A stretch of DNA of 64,000 nucleotides from assembly GCF_009914755.1 (NCBI RefSeq), contig NC_060930.1, one strand, 5' to 3'. Source of the stretch: the human T2T-CHM13v2.0 reference genome, Homo sapiens. Below the pieces are notes generated by a model. It was not told where the DNA came from. It ran no database searches and was given only the letters and a program-made list of their open reading frames with translations. Shown here piece by piece: positions 43,651 through 61,008 of the stretch. The number at the start of each line of letters is the position of its first letter. Within the stretch, counting starts at the first letter, position 1. The translations under genes were made by a program, and so were the position numbers.

Positions 43651-43861
43651 ACAGTAAAGAGAAACTTCTGTCTCCTTTTTAATAATTTACATGAACCTCC
43701 TAGTTCACTTCTGTATCCAATATTTGAAAATACTCTTGAAAAGCCCACAGTCAAGAAGGAGGGCTGTTAATAGGCGAAAACTCACACAAAAGGAAATATA
43801 TCAAAATGTTACTAGTGGCGAGTATGAAAATTTTAAATTTTGTTCTTTTTACTTTTCTGCT

Positions 43862-45114
<1,253 letters not shown>

Positions 45115-45459
45115 TCATCATTAATAGAATTAGTTTTAAAATCTTGGCTAATGTAGTAAGAGCAAGATACCAGCTTGCTTTAATTTGCATTCATCTGATA
45201 ATCAGTGAGGTATAATATATATATTTTTCGCTTATTATTTCTTCTCTGCTTAGAAGTGGCAAATCTCAGGGAAGATCGACCACCACTATCTTTCCCAATC
45301 CATTCCATGGGTATGCAAGTCACTGAGCAGTACTACACTCTCACCAAGGCGCCCAGGTACTAGAACCTCCTCAAGTGACATGAGCATCAGGAAGCACACA
45401 GCATACCTATGTGCAACTCACCAAAAATATTTATCCTAAATCTAATCAAGCCTCCAAAC

Positions 45460-45746
45460 CTGGGCTGTTCAAAACGGTGAACATGATATACATGTAGCTA
45501 CTGAGCACTTGAAATGTGGCTAGTGTAACTAAGAAACTGAATTTTGTATTTATTTAATTTTAATTAGTTTGTTTTTGTTGTTGTTGTTTTACCGCTTCTT
45601 GTGAAGCAGAACTATCCCATAGGCAGTGTGCCCAGAAAGCCTTAATTAGTTTAACTAGCCACGTAAGGCAGCTAGTGGATGCCATACGGAACAACGAAGA
45701 TATAGAACTTTTCCTTCACTTCAGAAAGTTCTATTGGATGGCACTG
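45460..45746. mobile_element. MER3-like hAT-Charlie fossil containing a small insertion
   Basis: gagcacttgaaatgtggctagtgtaact and cagaaagttctattggat motifs. Confidence 0.75.
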
Positions 45747-45752
45747 TTTTAG

Positions 45753-46157
<405 letters not shown>

Positions 46158-46444
46158 CACTGGACTCTTATAAAACAGTCAGTATCTTTGGGGACAGGCA
46201 TATGGGAAGAATGGAAATACAGTTCTATGATAAAACAGCCTAAAAAGACATACAAGCAACAGTAATGTGTGAACCTAGGTTAAGGCCTAGTGAGGAAACA
46301 AATATAACAAACATTTCATGATAACTGGGGACATTTGAATATAGAGTCAATACTGGATAATATCATGGAATTATTACAAATTTCTTTAGATGTGACAATG
46401 GTATGTGGTTATGTAGGAGACTGGCCTTATTCCAAAGAGATGCA

Positions 46445-46870
46445 TGCTACTATTCACAATAGCAAAGAGGTGGAATCAACCCAAGTGCCCATCAATAGTG
46501 GACTGGATAAAGAAAGTGTACATATACAAAATGGAATACTATGCAGCCATAACAAAGAACGAAATAATGTCCTTTGCAGCAACATGGTTACAGCTGGAGC
46601 CCATTATCCTAAGCAAATTAACACAGAAACAGAAAACCAAATACTGCATGTTCTCACTTATGAGTGGGAGTTAAACACTGGGTACACATGTACACAAAGA
46701 TGGGAACAATAAACACTGGGGATTCTAAAAGTGGGGAGGGGGGAAGTTGAAAAACAACCCATCAGGTATTATGTTTGCTATTTGGGTGACAGGGTCATTA
46801 GAAGCCAAAACCTCAGCAACATGCAATATACCCATGTGCACATGTATCCCCCAAATCTAAATTTTAAAAT
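46445..46870 (+). mobile_element. L1P/L1MA 3' fragment
   Basis: ORF2 C-terminus remnant (LFTIAKRWNQPKCPSIVDWIKK...MEYYAAI...CMFSL) plus 3'UTR. Confidence 0.88.
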
Positions 46871-46919
46871 GGAAAGAAGGAAAGAGAGGGAGGAAGGGTG
46901 GGCGGGCACAAAGAAAGAC

Positions 46920-49140
46920 GGGCTGGGCACAGTGGCCCATAATCCCAGCACTTTGGGAGGCCAAGGCATGTGTATCTCTTGAACCCAGGATTTCAAGACC
47001 AGCCTGGGAAACATGGTGAAACTCCATCTCTACAAAAAATACAAAAATTAGCTGGGTGTGGTGGCTTGTGCCTGTAGTCCCAGCTACTCAGGAGGTTAAC
47101 GTGGGAGGACTGCTTGAGCCTGGGCGGTAGACGTGACAGTAAGCAGAGATTGCACCACTGTACTCCAGCCTGGGTAACACAAGGAGATCCTGTCTCAAAA
47201 AAAAAGAGAAAAGAAACAAGAAACAAAGAAGAGAAGCGAAGCGAAGCGAAGAGAAGAGAAAAAAGAGAAAAGGAAAAGAAATACATGCTAAAGAATAGAA
47301 TTTAGGAGTGATGTGTCACACTATCTACAACTTTACATTCAAATGGAATAGCCAAAAAAGTAACAATATAGAAAGATAAAGCGAGTACGCAAAAGGTCAA
47401 AAGATGTTGTATTTAGAAGAAGGTATAGTGTTTATTGTACTATTTTTGAATTTTTCTTGTATGCTTGAAAATTTTCATGACTGAAAAGTTCAGAAAAATA
47501 ATTAGCCATGGAATTAGGGTAATATATAATCTTCTTTGCGCTGTCTTTTCATTCTACTAGGAACACGTATTATTTTTATGAACAGAAAAAAATGGTAAGC
47601 TATAGTGGGCACTAGCTTAATCAAGTGATCAAACTTGGCTACACTAATACACTAATAGCATCACTAAGTGCTTACCAGGAGCACTTAAAAGCCTTCAGAA
47701 TGGGCTGGGCGTGGTGGTTCATGCCTGTAATCCCAGTATTTTGGGAGGTGGAGGTGCACAGATCACCTGAGGTCAGGAGTTTGAGACCAGCCTGGCCAAC
47801 ACGGGAAACCCCGTCTCTACTAAAGATACAAAATTAACCTGGCATGGTGGCACACACCTCTAATCCCAGCTACTCAGGAGACTGTGAGGCAGAAGAATGG
47901 CTTGAACCCAGGAGGCAGAGGTTGCAGTGAGCTGAGATCACACCACTGCACTCCAGCATGGGCGACAGAGCAAGACTACGCTTCCAAAAAAAAAAAAAAG
48001 CCTTCAGAATAAGAGCCTTGTTTAGATCATATAATTGTTATTGTTGCTGTTTTTGAGATAGGGTCTCACTTGTGCCCAGGACAGAGTGCAGTGGCATGAT
48101 CATAGCTCACTGTAATCTTGACTTCCTGGCCTCAAGTGATCCTCCTGCCTTGGCCTCCCAAAGTATTGGGATTACAGGCATAAGCCACTGCACCCAGCAT
48201 GTCTCCATTTTTAGGGTTAAAACTTTACAAATCACTCTAATGGTCTTAGTCAAAAGCACCTATATATTTAAAACTAAAATGGTCACTAACACAAATATGT
48301 AATAACATTATGAATACCACTTTTTATATAGTCAATAGTATCTACCATGAATTTTTGCAAACACCAGAATGACAGAGCCACTAAAAAGTCAATCATCTTA
48401 AGGATGACTCTAGAAGTAATCAAGGTAATAACCCAGAGGCAGCCATTTACCATTTAGTAACAGCCTCAGAGCAGAGACGCTTCTCTGAAAAGAGAGAGAG
48501 GCGGTTCTACTAGGAATATGGCTGTGGGGCCAGTGTTGAATTACACTCGGCCACGTGAGCACAGAGCAAAAGCTGAGCACAGGAATCATCACAATTGCAA
48601 CTCAGCCAGGCCCTTCACTGGAGGCTATGTCTATGCCAAGGCTTGCCTTCATCCCCGAACTGTAACTGAGAAGGAAGGCCCTTTCTAAGTTCTCAGCTGC
48701 CAGAAACAGGAGATTCAATACCGATTTACTTAAGGGCCTGAAAGGTAATGCCAGAGATCTATGGGATTCATTCTGTCTTCTAATGTAAAACTGCCTCACA
48801 CCACCTTCTACATTAAAACATGATATGCTTTCACTGATTACTTTATATAATGAATTTTTTTTTCTTTTTTCTTTTTTAAAGAGACAGGGTCTCGATCTGT
48901 TGCCCATAGCTTGCTGCAGCCTCAAACTCCTGGGCTTAAGCGATCCTCCCTCCTCAGCCTCCTGAGTAGATGGAACTATAAGTGCAAGCCACCATGTCTG
49001 GTTCCTTTTTAAAAACTTTTTGTAGAGATAAGGTCTCCCTTTGTTGCCTAGGCTGGTCTCAAATTCCTGGGCTCAAGTGATCCTCCCACCTGGGCTTCTC
49101 AAAGTGCTGGGATTATAGGCGTGAGCCACTGCACCCAGAC
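46920..49140. mobile_element. Alus: 46920-47205 (+), 47702-47999 (+, TSD aaaagccttcagaat), 48050-48198 (-), 48855-49140 (-)
   Basis: Alu motifs. Confidence 0.9.
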
Positions 49141-50184
49141 AAAATTATTTTGCTAAGGATAAGCTTTTAACTTCTTTTGCTGTATTTTTGTGTATGAGTT
49201 TTCCTAGGAGGGCGGAATAAAGATGCTTCCTCACACAAAAATATATGTTCATGTTAGGTGAACAAAGGTTTTCCTGAAATTTTTACTACGGAGCCACATT
49301 TCCCACTAAATCCTTTAAAAAGAATAAATTATCAGAATAAGATCCTCACATATAATGTACTAAGACATGATGATTCTTATATATTGTAGTGCTGTGACCA
49401 AAGGAGATAAAAATATCTGTCTTCTTATCAAGTAAAAATAAAGACACGGTAGTGCTGACAGACATGGCAATGTTGACAAACATACAATCTGTCTTAGGGA
49501 AAGTGGCATCTGTCACATCACCGTCCTTTGTAGCTTCCAGCTCAGGAACTTGAATATAGCTGGTATATATATAATAAGTACTTACGCTTATTTTCTCAAC
49601 TTTTCATTTTGAAAAATGTCAAACATACAGAAAAATTATTTGCCTATTTTAGTTCTGATTTTAAAGATAAAGCCATAGGCCATAGGCCATACATGTACAT
49701 TGTTATTAGGAATTCATGTTCATGTGATTTAAAATCCTTAAAAAATTAAATAATGGAAGTTCGAGAATGCCATCTACATAAAGCCTGCTTTTAAACAAAC
49801 GGGAGCAACTCATGGTCTCTCCTGACTTTTTACATCTAGATACACTTTCTAATTTTAAGAATTTACATCTAGATAATTTTAGCAAACTACATCTAGCTAC
49901 ACTTTCTAATTTTAACATTTTTATTTAACAGTAAAATATTCCCAAGGTTAAAAACCTTTATTTGCTTTCGGAGACAAAAAAACAAAAACTATCTTCTAAG
50001 AGGTTGGAGTTTATCAATTTACAGTTTAAAATAAAGTTAAAATTCGGAACACAGCTCATTCATTTAATTAACACATACTTTGGTTGTTTTTCACTATGAG
50101 CCTTTCAGTCCTACTACTGTTGGTCTTTTTAATCCATATGCAGACATTACTCTAACATTTTTAAAAGCCAATTTTTCAAATTAG

Positions 50185-51821
<1,637 letters not shown>

Positions 51822-52904
51822 AAGAATCCAGCTTTCAAGTTTCTCTTGAAACATCAGAGGATCTGATCACACTGGGTCTTCCCCTTACCCCCATCTTTAT
51901 TTAGGTCTAACTGACAAATAAAAATTATATACATTTACGGTGTACTGCATGACGTTTTGATGTATGTATACACATTGGGACTTAACTACCACTAGTGTAT
52001 TAGTGTAGCCAAGTTTTATCACTTGATTAAGCTAGCGCCCACTCCACTATAGCTTACCATTTTTTTCTGATTATAAAAATAATACATGTTCCTAGTAGAA
52101 TGAAAAAACGGAAAGTACAAAGAAGATTGCATATTATCCTAATTCAAGCATCTGTGTATACTTTTTTTGTTGTTAACAAGGTCTTGATCTGTAACCCAGG
52201 CTGGAATGCACTGGTGCAATCACGGCTCACTGCAGCCTTGATGCTAGGCTCAAGCAATCCTCCCTCCTCTGCCTCCCAAGTAGCTGGGACTACAGCTGTA
52301 CCCACCTTGTCAGAGGTGTACTTACTGTCAACTGCCTGTCCCCTTCCTGACAAGTTTATGAGCCGGAGACCCCTGACCATATTAATTCCTCATAATTCCC
52401 CAAACTGCTATACTTATGTTGAAATGATCAAAAGTATCCTTAATATATTATTCATAAAGTTTTGCTACTAAATGATATATAATTTTGTGATTAAAGTTCT
52501 GGGTTTTAAAAATGCATGTTATTTCTCTGATAAATCCTATGATAGCCTACACTCCACTTTCTATTCACAACTGCTCAGGCTGGGTAAAAGGTACAGATGA
52601 AAATACAACACAGTCATACTGTGCCTTCACTTTTTTTCCCCCACTCCAGAGCCAAACATTAATGAACTAAAAAACTGGTGACAATGAATATCTTAAATTA
52701 CTCCCAAGTAGTCACAGATTTTTTAAGTGTTCTACTCTTGTATAACATGAAACATGAAATTCTGCTTTCCTGTTAGAGACTGTTCTGAGATACCATATGG
52801 AGCCTTCTGGTTGCTCTGTGTGTGTTGTGTATATATATAGAGAGATATACATAAAAATACATATATACATAGATATACACACATATACACAAATATATAT
52901 ATAA

Positions 52905-54075
<1,171 letters not shown>

Positions 54076-54145
54076 AGAAGATACACATTTTTTAAATAAA
54101 GTTCACTATGGCATTTTCCATATTCTTATTAGAAAATAAAAATGG

Positions 54146-54786
<641 letters not shown>

Positions 54787-55291
54787 AAAATAACTTCTTG
54801 ATAGACTGCGGATAGATTAACAAGGCTAGAGATAATTGAGCAGCTCTGAACTCTTGCGGTGCCATTAGGAAGGCAACCTCAATTATTCTACATTAAGGTA
54901 TTTAGACTTTCAAACTTTCTTTTTTTTTTTTTTTTCCAAACTTTCTTTTTAAGTTGTCCATGACCTGCTGGATTTTTCTTTTTTCTTTTACAACTTTCTT
55001 TAATGAAGGTTAATTAAGTAAAACATGCTGTGGAATTTTTATTTTATGTATGACACTGTACATACTAACTTGTACAAAAACTTGAAGGAGGGCAGCAAAG
55101 ATACAGGGAAATCTAAGCAGATATCACCAACCTGAAGATGGACTGTTTCTATGGCAAAGCAACAGGTGGCATGAGCCAGAGGAGTAGCACAGAAGTACTA
55201 TTAGGATAGAAGTGAGGAAGTCACAGAGAACTAACCACACTTTTTAAAAAAGCAATGGCTGTGTCACAAACTATCAGGGTGACTACAAATA

Positions 55292-56400
55292 CAGTCGGCC
55301 CTCCGTATTTGTGCACTACACGTCTGTGGATTCAACCAACTGCAGATCAAGAATTTTTTTAAAAATTGTATCTGTACTGAACACGTACCGACTTTGTTCC
55401 CTTGTATTTCCTAAACAATATAGTATAACTACAGTTGATCCTTGAATAATGTTGATCCTTGAACAAGTTGGTAGGGTGCCAACTCCCACGCAGTCAAACA
55501 TCTGTGTATACTTTTTTTTTGTTAACAGACAGGGTCTTGATCTGTCACCCAGGCTGGAATGCACTGGCACAATCATGGCTCACTGCAGCCTTGATGCTGG
55601 GCTCAAGCAATCCTCCCTCCTCAGCCTCCCAAGTAACTGGGACTACAGGTATGTGTCAACACGCCCAACTAATTTTTTTTAAAATTTTTTGTTTTTTGTA
55701 GTGATACGGTCTCACTATGTTGCCCAGGCTGTTCTCAAACTCCTAACCTCTAGCCACCATGTCCGGTGGGTATATAATTTTTGACTCTCCCAAAACTTAA
55801 CTACTAATAATCTACTACTGACCAGCAGCCTTACCAATAACAGTTGATTAACATATATTCTGTATGTTGTGTGTATTATTTACTATACTCTTATATTAAA
55901 GCTAGAAAAAGAAAATGTTATTAAGAAAACCATAAGGAAGAGAAAATATATTTACTGTTCATTAGGTGGAAGTGGAGCCCAGTAAAGGTTTTTTCCTCGT
56001 CATCTTCACATTGAGTAGGCTAAGGAAGAGGAGGAGGAAGAGGAGGGGTTGGTCTTGCTGTCTCAGGGGCCACCTCAGAGGCAGAAGTGAAGGAGGTAAA
56101 AGAGGAAGCAGGAAAGGCAGGCACACTCAGTATAATGGTGTAACTTTTACTGGAAAAAAATCCACATATAAATGAACCCGTGCAGTTCAATCCCCTGTTG
56201 TTTAAGGGTCAACTGTATTTACATAGTGTTTACATTGCATGAGGTAGCATAAGCAATCTACAAATGATCTAAAGTATATGGGAGGATATGTGTAGGTCAT
56301 ATGCAAATACTCTGCCACTTTATATAAGGCGCTTGAGCATCGGCAGATTTTTATATCCATCAGGGGTCCTGAAACCAATACCAAGGAATGGCTATACTGT
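55292..56400. mobile_element. MER2-like DNA transposon interrupted by a Tigger2-type element (55432-56215), itself carrying an Alu (~55512-55766, -)
   Basis: Outer terminus cagtcggccctccgtat. Inner TIRs cagttgatccttgaa / tttaagggtcaactg are flanked by a TA duplication (55430-31, 56216-17). Confidence 0.82.
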
Positions 56401-57139
56401 AGGCACATAATTTTCTCCTCCTGTTTCTGTTTTTGGATGTTCTCTATTCTTGTGATAATACTCTTGGGATGGCTGAGGTGAGAAAAGGTAAAGGAAATGG
56501 GAATGTAAGACGAAGAGAAGACAGAACGGTTTCAGACACAGCTTCCCTTTTTTCCCCTGTCAGACAAGAGTTTTACCTTTCCCACTGAATTAGCAAGAAA
56601 GAATAGCTCTGAGATCATACAAAGAGGTGCTTTTCTTTTTTATTACAGAAAGACTATCACATGGCTGGCTCACACAGCTTCTGCTGCCCTAGTCTAAAGA
56701 GGCACTGTTACTAAAGCCCATGGCAGGCCATGGGAGCAAGCCTGTTCCCCTAACCCTGTAAGGGGTCACTCTAAAAGGATTTTGACCACAAGCAGCTAAA
56801 AAAAGGAAGCTAATTTGCAAAAGGGAATATTTTAGCCCTCCCCTTACATGTGATTGCTAATGTGTCAAATGCTTCAGATTTATCTGTTTCTGAAATTCAG
56901 CCAATATGCTAAAATTTTTAAGCTGGGCTGAACAAAGCTTTAGAACAGGTGGAATTTAATGAGACCTAGGACTGACAATGCCATGATAAACTACTGAATA
57001 ATCTCAATCCTTTCATGTTTATATAAAAACTTTTTCTAGTAACAAAAGAAACATACACTCAATGCAGAGAACTTGATAACCTATGAACTAACAAAGATAA
57101 CCACTGCAAACATTTTGGTGGACATCTTTCAAGGAGCCA

Positions 57140-57385
57140 TAGCATTAGGAGTGTCGGGGACGAAAGATGTCCTGGATTCAAATCTTACCTTGAGCATATT
57201 AGGCTGGACCCAACTTGTTGGGGCAAATCACTCAACCTCAGCCTTTTCTCTCCTGTAAAATGTAGATAATAACAGTTCCTACTACATACACAGGACCTTT
57301 GGAAAAGGTGCTGCAGATGGTACTTAACCATGGGTTGCCATGCTTTTATAGCACATGACTTCACTACTCTGAGCACAGCTAAGAG
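57140..57385 (+). mobile_element. MIR
   Basis: cctggattcaaatc...gggcaaatcactcaacctc...ctgtaaaatg core. Confidence 0.7.
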
Positions 57386-57989
57386 AATTAAAAATCAGCA
57401 ACTGATGCAAAGGTAAGGTAGACATTTTCAAAATAGCCAGAAGCTGATGATGTGACCTGGCAGCTCTGCCCAAAGGGGCATACTACATGAAGTTGTCACT
57501 AGGCAAAACCAATCAGGTCCTCTCTTAGGAAGGCTGAATACAGAGTCAACAGACACGTAAGTTTTGCATAAGACAGGAAAAACACAAAATAAAAGCAGTA
57601 AGCTAAGAGGCTGAGAAGAGATGAGATAGGCAGGTCCTCCGCAGTGGAAGAGGGGGGCTGAGCCATTGGCGCGTGACCAGGCTCCTTGAGCCACTCTGCA
57701 TTTCCACTGTTGTTCCACCTGTCACGAGTGATGCCTGCCGGTGCACTGTGACCCAAGTTTCCAGCTTTGTACAGCCTTGGCTGGGCAGTTGCTGTGACAA
57801 TGTCATGTTCTTCCTCACTTAACTGAGGCATTTGGAGAGTATGTCTATTTCTGACAACCTAAAAGGGCACATTGCAGTTGCATTTCTGTAGCTGTTCTAA
57901 CAGTGAGGTCAATAATTGTAGCACTCTATTAAGCACTTGAGATATGTGTTGAGCACTGGAGATTCGACAATGAGCAAGAAAAAATGGGA

Positions 57990-58640
<651 letters not shown>

Positions 58641-59384
58641 AAGACTACACAGAGTATAAAGTCTAGCACAAAAGACAGTAATTAAACAAGCAACATCAAT
58701 AAAGCATGAACAATACCACAGTACTAGAAATACAGACTGCAATGGAAACATACAGCATGAGTGAACCTACTAGAAGGAATCACAAAGATTTCATGAATGA
58801 AGTAACCTTCATGTTGATGGACTAAATTTGCTATGTTGATTCATGCTGTGTGAACTCCATGACCCCCAGCCTTGTGATGTTATGGAGTTTTGATGAAGCA
58901 AAAGTGAACGGGGTCAGTGTGGCCTATCAGGTCACCTAAGAGTCGTGGCCTCATTTAATAGGAAGGCTCAGTTTCTTCAACAGGTAAGCATCTTTCAATC
59001 CTAGAAACATTTAGAATTAAATATAAAAATGTTTAAGGGAATCAATAAATATTTTATAATTTATAATATTTTACGTCTTAAATATTATAATGTTTATTAC
59101 CACAGAAGTATTTTTGTGTTAAGGAGACCAAACATAATCTAAGATTTTGTAATGCTTACAAGAATGTTACTTATTCTGGCTGGCAGTCTTGTGGCCTCAA
59201 ATTTTAAAAATATAGTTGAATAATTTATTTCTGACTCATGATTTTAAGTTAAAAATCTTAAGAAGCTTATATATAGCATGGGAATATTTAAAGACTCTAA
59301 AACATCTTATTTCTAAGTGTAATATGTGAGACTTACAGGAGTTTGTAAAAAAAAAAAGTGTTTTTTTCTTTGAAAATGCTGTGT

Positions 59385-60320
59385 TTTTTTTTTTTGTTTT
59401 TTAAGATGAGGTCTTGCTACGTTGCCCTGGCTGGTCTTAAACTCCTGGGCTCACGTGATCCTCCTGCCTCAGCCTCCCCAGTAGCTGGGACTACAGGCCC
59501 ATACCACCAGGCCTGGCTATAAATGTTTTTATTATTAATTTTTATTGACACATAATAATTTTAAGTATTTATGGAGTACAGTGACATTTTGCTACATGTA
59601 TACAATATATAATGATAAATCTGGTTGGGTATAATATGGCTGTAATCCCAGCATTTTGGGAGGCCGAGGCGGGTGGACTGCCTAAGGTCAGGAGTTTTAG
59701 ACCAGCCTGGCCAACATGATGAAACCCCGTCTCTACTAAAAATACAAAAATTAGCTGGGCATGGTGGTGGGCATCTGTAATCCCCGCTACTTGGGAGGCT
59801 GAGGCAGGAGAATCGCTTGAAACCCAGAGGCGGAGGTTGCAGTGAGCACTCCAGCCTGGATGACAGAGCGAGACTCCATCTCAAAACAAACAAACAAACA
59901 AACAAACAAAAGGTTATATACACATTTGAGTGGGGTGGGGGAGTTTGGGAGGGGTGTTGCTGCTCCTAATCCCTGCCTTGTTCAATGTATTTTTTGGCCA
60001 TTTGTCTTCTTTTGAGAAAAGTTTATTCACATCATTTGCACATTTAATACTAGATTCTTTTTTTTGCTGTTGAATTCTTTGTATATACTGAATAGTAATC
60101 CCTTGTTGAATGAGTATTTTGCATATATTTTCTCCCATTCTGTAGACTGTCTCTTCACTGTTGATTGTTTCCTTTGCTGTGCGGAAGGTTTTTAGTTTGA
60201 TACAATCCAATCTGTCTAAATTTGCTTTTGTTACCTGTGCTTTTGAGGTCTTACCTATAAAATCTTTGTCCAGACCAATGTCCTAAAGTGCTTCCCCCTG
60301 TGTTTACTTGTAGTAGTTTT
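59385..60320. mobile_element. Alu fragment 59385-59517 (-), Alu 59622-59910 (+), antisense L1 fragments 59525-59620 and 59970-60320
   Basis: Alu motifs; L1 ORF2 remnant MDCIKLKTFRTAKETIN. Confidence 0.85.
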
Positions 60321-60811
60321 TCACAAGACTTTTTTTCATTGAAGAGCTTTATAAAGTTTTTTTTTTAAGTAGGACAACTGAAGTTCTTTAAAAAAAAAAT
60401 CAAATATATTAAACGTATAAATGCAATCTGAAACATCTGAAGGTTTTCAACTAATTGGTATAGAGGTATTATCCACAGAGCCCCTCAAAAAGTGGCTATT
60501 AAAATCTCCTACATTTACAAATAAAAAATCAGATCTGAAAGCATAAACATCTTGAAAACTAAGTGAATCTCTAAACAGTGCTTTGTTTACAAAAGCTTCC
60601 CTTCAAGGACAATAAAAAACATCTATCAACATTTCAAGTCTCCGATTTCAAGTCTAATTCTCTGTTGATAAAACTGGAAAATCCACTTCTTTCATTCTGT
60701 TTTGATGGAAGCCACTGAACTGTTTCTGTAATGACATGTTCTCTTATTTTTATTGTTTGTACATTTTATTTGGATACTTATTCTAAAGTTCAAAGCAGTT
60801 CACAGACATTT

Positions 60812-61008
60812 CTTTATCCTCTCAATAATGCTGGAATAAAATATGAGATATGATGATATGATTCTCCTCTGACTGCAGAAAAAAAATTAGCTCAAAGTCA
60901 GGAAGGATTCTTTAAGGCTGAGAACGGCAGGCAGAGCATGCCTGCAGTCAGAAAAGAATCACATCATCATATCCCATACTTTATTCCAGTATTATTAAGA
61001 GAATAAAG
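60812..61008. repeat. Inverted repeat: 67-bp arms (60812-60878, 60942-61008), 63-bp spacer
   Basis: Manual alignment gives 59/67 identity with no gaps. Confidence 0.95.
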
